The position numbers and the translations under genes were made by a program. The notes beneath the pieces were generated by a model. The model did no database searches. It worked only from the letters and a program-made list of their open reading frames with translations, and had not been told where the DNA came from. DNA of 52,459 nucleotides from a bacterium (GTDB taxonomy: Bacteria > SAR324 > NAC60-12): the NCBI GenBank assembly GCA_965233585.1, contig CBDDTI010000593.1:1-52459 (forward strand), given 5' to 3'. This document shows, one piece after another, positions 42,253 to 52,459 of this stretch (position 1 is the stretch's first letter; each line of letters begins with the position of its first letter).

Positions 42253-43860
42253 ATGAATCGGGGACATTATATTCATTGTCTTTCTAACGCTAGCGTGGAC
42301 GTTTTTTATAACAACAAACTCTCTAATTTTACCAATGTGTTACCGAGAAATTTTAACCTATCGTCTGGCGGCGAAGACCGAGCTTGGGAAATTGGAATAG
42401 CCGCTATAGGGATAGATTTAAACATAGCTGACAATAATTATTTTGAAGTGGTGAAAATTACCTCGGATATTATTACCGCAGAACCGAATGAAGAAGAGCC
42501 CGTTCTGTACACGACAAGTTTACCCGTCAAAAAAAAGAACAAATACTTTTTCAAAACCGTTAATAACATTCAATATTTTCCCGTAAGGAACACCAACCTT
42601 AAAACCGTAAGCATAAAACTCCTGGATACGGAGGATAAAATTCTCCCACTCCAGGACGGTCAACCGAGCGTCGTCCAGTTCCACTTGCGCAAAAAAGCGA
42701 ACGAGATGGCTTTCGAAACCATTCATCTTCAAGTTGACAATCAATCGGACGTGGAGGCTTATCCGCAAAATAGGCCTGATAATTTCTCCTTTAACCTAAA
42801 AACACCGATTTATTTAAACCGAGGTGCCAAAATAGCCTTGACAGACATTTCTTACCCCAACAGCGTGCAAAAATTGCCGGACTCGATATTCGATGAAATG
42901 CATGAAATTGATGGCGAATTAAATCGTCTACCCATCAATCTGAACTTTTCAACGGGAACAAACCTCGACCCAACGACCTTAATCAAATATCTGAACCGTC
43001 ACAGAGATATTTATTCCAAGATGCTATCCTTTGGCGTTGTGGCAAAGAAAAATTCCAACCTTGATCATTTTCAAGTAAAGTTCGCCGGAGGGAACATCGG
43101 TTCGTACAGACTGTACATCTTAATCCCCGGTGCATTAAAAAGACTGTTGGGCGTGGAAGGAATGGCGGATATATTCGTAGATAATGATAACAACAAAACA
43201 TTTACCGCCGAAAAACCTTTAATTAATTTATCCTCCATACCGTACCTGGAAGCGGCAGATAGAAAAATAATCATTTCTATGAGCAAAAAGTACGAAAAAT
43301 TTCCTCTAATCAGGGCTACCACGAGCACAAATGACGCCAACAATTTCGCCCTTTCGCTCATTAACAAGCTGGAAGAAAGAGTGAAAAAATATATTGAATT
43401 TTCTTTTCGAGACGGATATCTGATGATTACCAGGAAATCTGAAGATACCTCAGTGAAGATGAGAGTAATAATTCGAGGGGGGACCAAGAACATACTAGGA
43501 ATAAACCTGAACCGAGAAATTGTGCTGCCTACAAAAGGATCGACATTTATAGCCGACAGACGCATTAATTTATACGCGCAGTATCCCGGAATAATGATGT
43601 GCTACACCAATTTTATTCAACACTCGATGGTAGGGGGCGATTTTTATCCCCTATTTAGAACCATACCAACGGCCGATCAATCAAACCGGGAGGATGAATA
43701 CATTTCTGTCCATTTCGATAACTTGGAATTTCACAAAATAAACACAAGCCGGCTGGATTTTATGCACTTTCAATTTAAAAGGATAAACGGAGATTTTGTG
43801 AATTTTATTGACAATAATCAAAAAATGATCGTAAATTTAACCATACGTAATCCGAAATAA
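42253..43860 (+). CDS. Minor capsid (penton-like) protein with two tandem modules
   Basis: SNAS..F.NN..SNFTN.LP...WEIG at the N-terminus and a second YPQNRPDNFSFNLKTPI...IALTDISYP; each followed by penton-type C-terminal strands. Confidence 0.8.
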   Translation: MNRGHYIHCLSNASVDVFYNNKLSNFTNVLPRNFNLSSGGEDRAWEIGIAAIGIDLNIADNNYFEVVKITSDIITAEPNEEEPVLYTTSLPVKKKNKYFFKTVNNIQYFPVRNTNLKTVSIKLLDTEDKILPLQDGQPSVVQFHLRKKANEMAFETIHLQVDNQSDVEAYPQNRPDNFSFNLKTPIYLNRGAKIALTDISYPNSVQKLPDSIFDEMHEIDGELNRLPINLNFSTGTNLDPTTLIKYLNRHRDIYSKMLSFGVVAKKNSNLDHFQVKFAGGNIGSYRLYILIPGALKRLLGVEGMADIFVDNDNNKTFTAEKPLINLSSIPYLEAADRKIIISMSKKYEKFPLIRATTSTNDANNFALSLINKLEERVKKYIEFSFRDGYLMITRKSEDTSVKMRVIIRGGTKNILGINLNREIVLPTKGSTFIADRRINLYAQYPGIMMCYTNFIQHSMVGGDFYPLFRTIPTADQSNREDEYISVHFDNLEFHKINTSRLDFMHFQFKRINGDFVNFIDNNQKMIVNLTIRNPK

Positions 43861-43890
43861 ACAAATAAACTAATATCGTCATAGTCGTCT

Positions 43891-44190
43891 TTATTGATGT
43901 TGTTTTTTTACAAACGCTAAAAGATTTTTAAATTGCACAGTAAGCGAAACAAAAATAAGGAACGCGATAGCAGTTAAAAAGAAACAAGAACAACAACCGC
44001 AAAAATAGATAACATTTATAATGTCCCATTTATCACGTTTATCTATTTTGACCGTATCATGGGTATTACTATCGTATGGTGGGGGAGCGAGAAAAATATC
44101 ATTATTGCTCACTGGCATTAAATCTCGTTCAACCAGATTTCCAAAATTATAAAGTGAATTAGGGGAAGAGTAAGGAATCGGAGAAGGCAT
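43891..44190 (-). CDS. Small single-pass membrane protein, paralogue A (PPxY motif)
   Basis: 99 aa; APPPYD; Cys cluster CGCCSC then hydrophobic segment; ends AFVKKQHQ. Confidence 0.7.
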   Translation of the reverse strand: MPSPIPYSSPNSLYNFGNLVERDLMPVSNNDIFLAPPPYDSNTHDTVKIDKRDKWDIINVIYFCGCCSCFFLTAIAFLIFVSLTVQFKNLLAFVKKQHQ

Positions 44191-44207
44191 CTTAAAGTTT
44201 TTTGCCT

Positions 44208-44525
44208 TTAATTTTGATGTTGTTTTTTTACAAAAGCAAAAAGTTGATACACTTCAAAAAAAATTAGAGCAAAAGTAATCAGCATGGTAACGCTTAAAAA
44301 AAACCATGAGCAACAATTGCAAATAAGGGCAGATTCTATAATTTCCGCTTTATCCTTTTGAGTCATTTTGATTATATTATCGTTGGCCAATCGTTTGTTT
44401 CGACGTTCTTTTATGTCAAAATAAAGCTTCTCCAATTCATCCGATCTGATCAATTCTTCTCGACGTTGCTGTTTCTTAAAATTATAAGGTAAATCAGAGA
44501 AGGAGTTGGGAGTCGGGGAAGACAT
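44208..44525 (-). CDS. Small single-pass membrane protein, paralogue B
   Basis: 105 aa; MSSPTPNS vs MPSPIPYS; CNCCSWFFL then hydrophobic segment; ends AFVKKQHQN. Confidence 0.7.
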   Translation of the reverse strand: MSSPTPNSFSDLPYNFKKQQRREELIRSDELEKLYFDIKERRNKRLANDNIIKMTQKDKAEIIESALICNCCSWFFLSVTMLITFALIFFEVYQLFAFVKKQHQN

Positions 44526-45168
44526 CTTCTAGTTTAAAGGAACCAACGGGCTGATTTTCAATGTTTGCCATTGCCGTCGTCAAGGAGGGATCGTTTTGTT
44601 CAGGCTTTTCCTTTTTCAACAAATCTTCGGCCGTAAGATCCATAGGAGGCGCGATCTCACCTTTCTTTATCAATTTCGGGTTGGAATCTTTTTCAATTAG
44701 TTCATCCAAATCAAAATGCTTTTCCATAAAAACAAAAATCGGATGAAAAGTATCGTCCAACTCGCGATGAATTCGATCCAATCTTTGTCTACTTTTATCG
44801 ATCAACTCAAAAAATTGTCCCGGTTTAGAAGGGATAACGGTACGACTAAGGTGATCAACGTGTTCCCTGGCCACTTCAATATCTTTCACTGCTTGAGCTA
44901 AACATTGAATCGCGCAAGCCGTGGTATGATAATCGGGGAAAATATACGGGATCCAGGGAATCTGGGGCGTCGTTCTTTCCTCGGGCGACGTAGCGGGATG
45001 TTGAATCACGGCGCAAGGTTTAGCTCTGATAATCCTCCCCAATTGAGGCTGTTGACGCAGAACTGAGTCCAAAAACTTAAGAGGACGTGATGAACTGACG
45101 GGGAACGCTAGCGCATTAGCGGGAAGTTTTTTTTTCTTTTTGATTACTCTATTAACTTTCGCTGACAT
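44494..45168 (-). CDS. Hypothetical 224-aa viral protein
   Basis: ATG-initiated intact ORF in the minus-strand cluster; poly-K NLS-like patch; PMDLT motif. Confidence 0.65.
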   Translation of the reverse strand: MSAKVNRVIKKKKKLPANALAFPVSSSRPLKFLDSVLRQQPQLGRIIRAKPCAVIQHPATSPEERTTPQIPWIPYIFPDYHTTACAIQCLAQAVKDIEVAREHVDHLSRTVIPSKPGQFFELIDKSRQRLDRIHRELDDTFHPIFVFMEKHFDLDELIEKDSNPKLIKKGEIAPPMDLTAEDLLKKEKPEQNDPSLTTAMANIENQPVGSFKLEDVFPDSQLLL

Positions 45169-45302
45169 TGTTTTCTTTTTTTCAGTTTTTCTTTAAAAAC
45201 AAAGGGAATAAAAAACACACATGTTCACTCTTGAAGGGTTTAACTCGAATTGCGACATTTCTAGAAAAAAGACTCTAATTTATAAGGAAATTAAGGGATG
45301 TT

Positions 45303-45710
45303 TTATTTATTTTTTTTAGAGATGGACAATATTTTGTTCAACATATTTCGAGCCGATGCATTAATGAAATAAATCTGCGATCTAACACCCTGATATTTTT
45401 CAACGATCCCGATAAATTTCTGGTAATCGCGACGAGAAATATCTTCAGACAAATATAACATTAATTCCGGCGATTGTAAATGACACAATAAAATATTTAC
45501 GGAATTAAACAAATCGGAGGAAGTTCTCAGGCTGGACAAAATACTCTTTTGCGGGATGCTAAGGTAAAAATCGTGAATGCCACATTCATCAATGTCTTGA
45601 TGATTACTTTCCTCCCAACCATCTTTTTCTTTTATTATTTCTTTATTTTCGTCTTCGTTCTTGTTTGTTTCTTCTTCCGATACCGATTTTCGAGTAAAAA
45701 GAAGAGACAT
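45303..45710 (-). CDS. Hypothetical 135-aa viral protein
   Basis: ATG-initiated intact ORF, acidic N-terminus, no recognised motif. Confidence 0.55.
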   Translation of the reverse strand: MSLLFTRKSVSEEETNKNEDENKEIIKEKDGWEESNHQDIDECGIHDFYLSIPQKSILSSLRTSSDLFNSVNILLCHLQSPELMLYLSEDISRRDYQKFIGIVEKYQGVRSQIYFINASARNMLNKILSISKKNK

Positions 45711-45758
45711 GTTGACTCAACTAGAAACAAAATACAACTGAATTAACAAAACAAAAAA

Positions 45759-46080
45759 TCAGCCAAATATAAACGACGAAACAAAAGATGATGAAAAAAC
45801 GGTCAATTTAAAGCTAGCCAATAGCGAAAAGCAAAAAGCCAATTAAGATCCTTTTTCACCACTGGGCAGCTTATAAATCGTCAGCCGTTTTATTATTTCT
45901 TCTTAATTTGAAATTTAACATCAACCAAATATAAACGACGAAACAAATATGATGAAAAACGGACAATCTAAAACCAGCCAATAATGAAAAGCAAAAAACC
46001 GACCAAGATCTTTTTTTCATTCGTGGTTGGCTTCAAATCATCAGACGTTTTATTATTTCTTCTTAATTTGAAATTTAACA
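45759..46080. repeat. ~160-bp direct tandem duplication in the viral non-coding region
   Basis: 45759-45920 and 45921-46080 both begin TCA.CCAAATATAAACGACGAAACAAA and end TTCTTAATTTGAAATTTAACA. Confidence 0.85.
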
Positions 46081-46896
46081 CGAACACAAATGATGAATTG
46101 GAACAATTTTGGCAGTCGGCCAACATGTCACTCCTCAATTACAACAAATAGGAGCAACATGTTGCCGATCACCAAAAAGTGATCCTTGCTTTCTTCTTTT
46201 TCTTTTTTCTCCGAAATGTTTTTTAAACAAATCGCACAATTGATGACATTGGCCAATTTTAAAAAGGTAACAATGTATATCACAAAATTATTGAACGAGA
46301 GTATGATATCCATTCGCTACCTTTTTAAAACAAGAAACGTTTTAAATCTTCGCGTAAAACAAAAATAAAAAAATTGGGGGTCATTATTTACAAAAATAAA
46401 TGATGAAATAGGACAATTTTTGAAGATTGTAAACAACCCCTACTGAGTGATAAAACACAATTCAGATAGGGGATGTGTACAAATCAACAAAAATGTTGTT
46501 ATTTTCTTTTCCTTGAAATTTCTTAAAAAGTACTGATGAAACACAATTCAAAAACTTTAAACAGAATTTTGATTATCACATGTTAACGTTTAAGGAAGCA
46601 AAAATGAACTGATTTCAAAATGGCAGTATGTAAAATATTTTGCTGACTTTACGTAGATTTAATCATGTCGTTTTTCTTCAGAAGAAGCTTTTTAGACCAA
46701 GCACAGACAGTATCAAGTGTTTCACAAGAAAAAAGGAAGCAGGAAGCTCGTATATCGTTTAAGATTAACAAAAAGATAACAAAAAAAGAATGCTTATACT
46801 GAGATATGATTTAATTTAACATTTTTTGCGACTAAAAGTTTTAGACGTTATCAATTTTATTCGACTATTTGAACAATTTTTTTGCTGACTCAAATC

Positions 46897-47120
46897 GCTG
46901 CGGGAAGGCTGTATTGAGGTCTTTTTAGATCATTTCAGGCCGATTCAGTCTCAAACGGACTGCTTGCAGGCTGCAGGAAGGTGCCATTCAGTCTACGTGC
47001 AGCCTGCAAGCAGACTGTTTTGAGGTCTTTTTAGATCATTTAAGGCCGATTCAGTCTCAAACGGTCTACGCGTAGACCGATGGCGCCTATTTTTAGATCC
47101 GTAGAGGTCGCTTTGTATAC
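46897..47120 (-). repeat. Right terminal inverted repeat (224 bp)
   Basis: Reverse complement of 23438-23661. Confidence 0.95.
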
Positions 47121-47491
47121 CGGCAAATCCTCCGCCGTCGGCTACAACAACACCCACGGCTGCGGGACCCGATCGACCAGATGAAAATCGTGACACATAC
47201 GCACGGACCACAAGGAGCGGCCGTACCGTTCGCCGCACCGCAAGATTCGAATGAAACCAAAAGAGTAAAGTGTTCTCGGTCGAGCATCTTATTTTTCGTT
47301 TATTCCCTTATATTTCACATTATATTGAGTATGACCTGTGGGGCTGACACTGGGGGGGGGTCATGTAGCGGTAGAGGGAGCTCCCTTTTCCCGCATCAGC
47401 CGACGATCGACAGCTGATAGTCAGTTAATATAGAGAGTCCAGACTGCCAACACCTTTTCTCTCTTGATTGTGGACGGATTCTCCCTCCACA
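47121..47491 (+). mobile_element. Gypsy 3' internal fragment, PPT and short LTR (LTR 47364-47491)
   Basis: Diverged direct copy of ~51382-51756; G-run PPT followed by TG...CA LTR. Confidence 0.8.
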
Positions 47492-47623
47492 AATTCCCTC
47501 CACAAAAAAGCGGGCCATAACGGGAATATATTTCATGGTGAAATAAATGGAAAATGGACAACAGATCAACTAGCTTGGAGGGATAGGATAAAACCAGTAG
47601 ACGCGAGTATCATCGGTTCACGA

Positions 47624-49240
47624 CCGCTGGTTTTATCCTATCCCTCCATGCTAGTTGATCGGTTGTCCGTTTTCCCTTTATTTCACCATGAAATATATTC
47701 AGTAGTTCGGAGATACTCATAGTGTTATCACCTACGCTATATTGGTGACCTTTTGACTTTCCCTCGACGAACTCAGGGAAGCGCCGAACACTCAACCCGG
47801 GCCTCGGCCCCTCGGTCCCTCGGCTGTTATCTTGAACTTCCAACCATGACGGCCGATATTTTTGACTGGGGCCTAATGCCAGGACAAAGACGACGAAGCT
47901 AACGAACCGATGACCGCTTCGGGGAAGTGCAACAAAATAAGGTCAGTCCCCTCAATTTTACAGATATTTCGATATTGATTTTGCAGCATCTCGTTTTGTT
48001 TTCCCGGTTGTTTGCACACGCACCGCGGCCAGGGCCATGGCCGCTCAGCCGCCGTCACCGGCTCCTTGGCTGCCATCACCTGCGGCCCCTCGGCCTCAAA
48101 CTCCGCCGTCATCTCGACTTTCCGGCCCCAACGAACTCAGCCACGACGCATCCGGCCACAATGCATCTGGCCATGACGAATCCGTCCATCAGTCTCAGAC
48201 CCGGCCACCCCACCCTCCGACCTGCTCTCCAACCCGCTCTCGGAACCCAGCCACAATGTACATGGACACGACCACGATCCCGAAGATGATCGTGGTTTCA
48301 ACACAGATGGCAACAAGCCCTCCTTCGTGGAGATCCCATTGCCACCGAGGCAACCATTCCTTCTTCGGGGAGATCCCATTGCCACCGAGGCAACCATTCC
48401 TCCTTCGTGGAAATCCCATTGCCACCGAGGCAGCCATTCCTCCTTTGTGGAGATCCCATTGCCACCGAGGCAACTGTCACACCGACCGCAATCCCGAAGA
48501 TGATCGTGGCTTCTGCACCAACTGCAGCCATTTTCATCAATCCTTCTTGCGTAAGGATCCCGAAGTTGATCTTGATTGTAATTCCTGCATCGAGCAACCG
48601 CCTTCCATCTATCCTTCTCGCATAAGGATCCCGAAGTTGATCTTGATCGTAATTCCTGCATCAAGCAACCGCCTTCCATCGATCCTTCTCGCATAAGGAT
48701 CCCGAAGTTGATCTTGATCGTAATTCCTGCATCGAGCAACTGCCTTCCATCGATCCTTCTCGCATAAGGATCTCGAAGTTGATCTTGATCGTGATTTCTG
48801 CACCAAGCGGCCACCTTCCATCGATCCCTCTCCCACAAGGACTCCGAAGATGATCGGGCAACCCCGTTGGCCCAGCATCGATCCCCGTTGGCACCGCATC
48901 TCAACAACCATCTCACGCACCACCTTATCTCGACAATTTAATCTCGCGCGCCACCTTATCTCGACCATCTCATCTTGCACACCACCGCATCCTGACGACC
49001 TCATCCCGCGTGCCTTCTCATCTTGACAATCTCATCTCACGTCTTTGCGACAGCCTCATCCAGGTACCCAACGCAGATGCTGGGGGGAGTGGTGTGGCGG
49101 TCGCGCACCAACAATACTCGCGTCTGCTGGTTTTTCCTATCCCTCCAAGCTAGTTCATCCGTTGTCCGTTTTCCCTTTATTTCACAATGAAATATATTCA
49201 GTAGTTTGGAGATACTCATAGCGTTATCACCTACGCTATA
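47624..49240 (+). mobile_element. Small non-autonomous LTR element of a second family
   Basis: Direct repeats ~47624-47741 and 49093-49240; PBS-like TGGTGACC right after the first; G-rich PPT before the second; internal 40-bp and 71-bp tandem repeats. Confidence 0.65.
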
Positions 49241-49249
49241 TTTTCCCCT

Positions 49250-51515
49250 GCGAATTCCTCCGGATGCCTTTCAGCCTGAAAAACGCGGGCCAGACATTTC
49301 AACGTCTCATGGATGGCTTGCTAGGGGATTTGGAATTCGCGTTCGTCTACACAGACGATATTCTCGTGGCCAGCAACACCTTGGAGGAGTACGAGAAGCA
49401 TTTCCGCGCATTGTTCCGTCGCTTGGCCGATCACGACCTCATCGTGAATCCCGGGAAATGCCGTTACGGGCAGACGTCCCTCGAGTTCCTCGGACACACA
49501 GTCTCGAGAGCTGGCGTCCGTCCACTAGAAGCCAAGGTCGAAGCAGTCGAGAGGTTCCCTGTGCCAGCGACACTCGGAGCTTCATTGATTTCTGGGTATG
49601 GTGAACTATTACCGACATTTCATCCCTAAGGCAGCAGCGATCATGGCCCCTTTGCACGCGGCCGCGTCCGGAAACCCCAAGCCATTGAGTTTCCAGTGGT
49701 CAACGGAACTGGACGAAGCATTCAAAGCAACGAAATCGGCCCTCGCAAAGGCAACTTTTCTACCCCACCCACTGCTGGATGCCGAGATCTCCATCACGAC
49801 GGATGCCTCAGCCGTTGCTGTGGGGGCCGTGTTACAACAAAGACCACTGGAAGGAGGTCAATGGGAGCCCATCGCATACTTCAGCAAGAAGCTGCGACAA
49901 CCAGAGCTAAAGTATAGCGCGTTCGACAGGGAATTGCTGGGTTTGTATCTCGGCATTTGGCATTTCCGGCACTACCTCGAAGGCCGCGATTTCCCGGCTT
50001 TCACAGACCACAAGCCACTAACGTTTGTGATGGCGAAAGTTTCAGAGCCTTGGATCACAAGGCAAGCGCGACATCTGGAGTACATCTCCCAGTGCACCAC
50101 TGATATCCGACACGTTGCTGGAGCTGACAACACCGTCGCAGATGCGTTATCACGGGTGGCGGTCAGCAAGGTTAGGAATGGCGTGGATTTCAATGCAATG
50201 GCGGACCAACAGCGGGAAGATCCAGAAACCGAAGCATACCGCACATCCATTACTGGCCTTCGCTGGGAGAATATTCTGATAGACGGAGGCCGATGAACTT
50301 TGTTGTGTGATGTTTCAGCTGGAAACCTGAGGCCCCTGGTACCTGCAGTGATGCAAAGGCAGGTTTTTGACACCATCCACAATCTGTCCCACCCGGGTGC
50401 AAACGTGACGGTTTGGTTGATGAAGGCCAAAGTCGTATGGCACGGATTGGCCAAAGACGTCCGGGGGTGAGCCCGGGCCTGTTTCGAGTGCCAGCGGGCA
50501 AAAGTCCACCACCACGTCAACGCTCCACTCACGTAAATCGAGCTCCCCACGAACCGATTCACCCATGTCCACGTGGATCTCGTGGGCCTGATACCGATGT
50601 CCGAAGGGTACACACATCTACTGACAGTGATTGACCGTTTCACTCGATGGCCCGAGGCCATTCTGCTTCGGAGTACTGACACGTCCAGCATAGCTCGCGC
50701 TTTCGCCCTTTTCTGGATCGCCCGACATGGCATCCCGGCCGACATCACCTCCGACCAAGGCATCCAGTTCACCTCGAGACTATGGCATGCCATGTCAGAG
50801 CTTCTCGGTTTGAAATTACACCCGACAACAGCATACCACCCACAGGCGAACGACCTGGTGGAACGGTTCCATCGCTCACTGAAGGCGGCGCTCATGGTGA
50901 GATTGACATCCACCCGCTGGATGGACGAGCTCCCGTGGGTCTTACTGGGATTGAGGACCACACCAAAGGATGACATCGGCACATCATTGGCCGAAATGCT
51001 ATACGGCACCCCAATAACCGTGCCCAGGGCGCTAATCATGCACGAACACGAGCCAGATCCAAGCAGACAACTCGAATGCTTAAGCGAAATAGCCGGGCAT
51101 CTAGGGCCAGCCCCCGACGCGTGGCACTGCAGCCGCAACAGCACCGTTCCAGCAAGTCTGCAAACGGCGGAGTCCGTTTTTATCCGCTGCGACGCACCCC
51201 TCTGCCTGCTACAACCCCCATATAAGGGCCTGTACAAGGTGCTGGAAAAGAAGCCGAAGTTTTCACAGTTCAATGCGGAAACCGAACAGAGACAGTGTCC
51301 ATCGACCGCCTGAAGGCCACAAACACCGACCGGAACAGCCAGTAAGGCCCGCACAACCTCCACCAAGAGGCCGGCCCCCACGGGCAAATCCTCCGCCGTC
51401 GGCTACGACAACACCCACGACTGCGGGACCCGATCGAACAGACGAAAATCGTGACACAAACACATGGACCACAAGGAGCGGCCATACCGTTCGCCGTCCC
51501 GCAAGATTCGAATGA
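49250..51515 (+). pseudogene. pol: Ty3/Gypsy pol (RT, RNase H, integrase), disrupted
   Basis: MPFSLKNAGQTFQR, YTDD, TDAS, YSAFDRELL, TDHKPL, DLVG, DRFTRWPEA, SDQG, VERFHRSLK; frameshifts and stops. Confidence 0.93.
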
Positions 51516-51620
51516 AACCAAAAGAGTAGTGTTCTTGGTCGGGCTTCCTATGTTTCATTTATTCCCTTATATTTCACATTATATTCTGTATGACCTGTGG
51601 GCCTGACACTGGGGGGGTCG

Positions 51621-51756
51621 TGTGGGGGTAGAGGGCGCTCCCTTTTCCCACGTCAGCCGACGATCGACAGCTGATGGTCAGTTAATACAGAGAGTCCAGC
51701 CTGCCAACACCATTTCTCCTTTTCTCTCTTGTTTGTGGACGGATCCTCCCTCCACA
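51621..51756 (+). repeat. Gypsy 3' LTR
   Basis: TG...CA, preceded by G-run PPT; similar to 47364-47491. Confidence 0.8.
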
Positions 51757-52459
51757 CCTGCAAATAATTGGGTAGAGGCAATCGTAATGGAGAACCTCCA
51801 TCCATTCCCAAGGATGGAACTAGATGGAAGAATTGTTCGCTCCTTTGAAATGGACGGTCCATTTCCAAGGTCAGAAGGAGTAGTGGACATTTTGTTGGGA
51901 TGAGCAGATTCGTTAAAGTTCTTAAGAAAGAGACATGTATTCCTAAAGAAGGATTTTGCTTTGCTGTTCACAGTTTACGGATACGTGTCCTGTGGAAGTC
52001 AGCCGGCAAAGGCTTTAGCTGATCCCAGCAATATGAACACCCTTCCTAGTTATGCATACCTTACGTCAACGGAAGCGCTGACGAAAGCTATGGAAAAAAT
52101 GTGGGAAATGGATAGATTACCTATGGATGATTCACCTTCGTCGTTAACTAAAGATGAATTAATTGTGGTTTCAAAGATAAAAGACACATTGTTCTTCCAC
52201 AAAGGCCTTACATGGTTCGTCACCGGGCTGCTGTGGAGAGCATATCCAGACCTGGTCAGCAATTACGCGAGTGCACGTTATAGGCTGGATTCATTAATGA
52301 GAAAGTTCAGTCAAAATCCGGAGCTTAGGCATGCCTATTGCGAGGCTATGGAAGAGTATATTCGCAGCCAGGTGGTAGAAAGGGTGCATGACCCTGCCGC
52401 TGACGATCTCAGCAGTACTGACGTTTATTATCTTCCACATCGTGCTGTATATGATGCTT
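51757..52459 (+). pseudogene. BEL/Pao LTR retrotransposon polyprotein fragment (runs off the window)
   Basis: VDILLG protease motif, in-frame stop, then LLW...NY..A..RL...AY...MEEY...YYLPH.AV typical of the Pao pre-RT region. Confidence 0.8.

Larger units (their letters stand above)
23438..47120. mobile_element. Polinton/Maverick (adintovirus-like) endogenous DNA virus, apparently complete
   Basis: 224-bp TIRs; encodes pPolB, packaging ATPase, adenain-like protease, two MCP-like proteins, penton-like protein and rve integrase. Confidence 0.96.

Noticed and set aside
48329..48830. CRISPR-like array, or real proteins from the overlapping 219/259-aa ORFs
   Set aside because: Head-to-tail 40-bp and 71-bp repeats with no spacers; periods are not multiples of 3; ORFs are GC-rich repeat artefacts
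49972..51387. 471-aa minus-strand ORF
   Set aside because: Antisense shadow of the GC-rich Gypsy pol; no recognisable domain

Overview
Repeat-rich eukaryotic (probably arthropod) genomic DNA. The centrepiece is an apparently intact, recently integrated 23.7-kb Polinton/Maverick-type endogenous DNA virus (23438-47120) bounded by 224-bp terminal inverted repeats that are identical as read by eye. It has the core set: protein-primed PolB, packaging ATPase, adenain-like protease, capsid proteins and rve integrase with chromodomain. It also has several unusual traits. (i) An adjacent TBP-like + TFIIB-like gene pair, with a shared CTATTTA(AG) TATT-type element upstream of both major capsid genes and the protease, suggesting a virus-encoded late-transcription initiation module. 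(ii) A PolB gene split by five short GT-AG introns whose removal rebuilds conserved polymerase motifs, plus introns in other non-structural genes. (iii) A putative terminal-protein ORF separated from PolB by a stop codon, with loss of the vOTU catalytic Cys, an adenovirus-like arrangement. (iv) Two tandem major capsid paralogues and a two-module penton-like protein. (v) Candidate chromatin effectors (PxVxL/SUMO-site tandem array; CtBP-type PLDLT motif). The left flank holds one host ankyrin-repeat (ANKS1-like) exon, an MDC1-like FHA pseudogene fragment, MITEs and a decayed Tc1/mariner. The right flank is nested, decayed Gypsy and BEL/Pao retroelements. All assignments are by-eye motif recognition; no searches were run.
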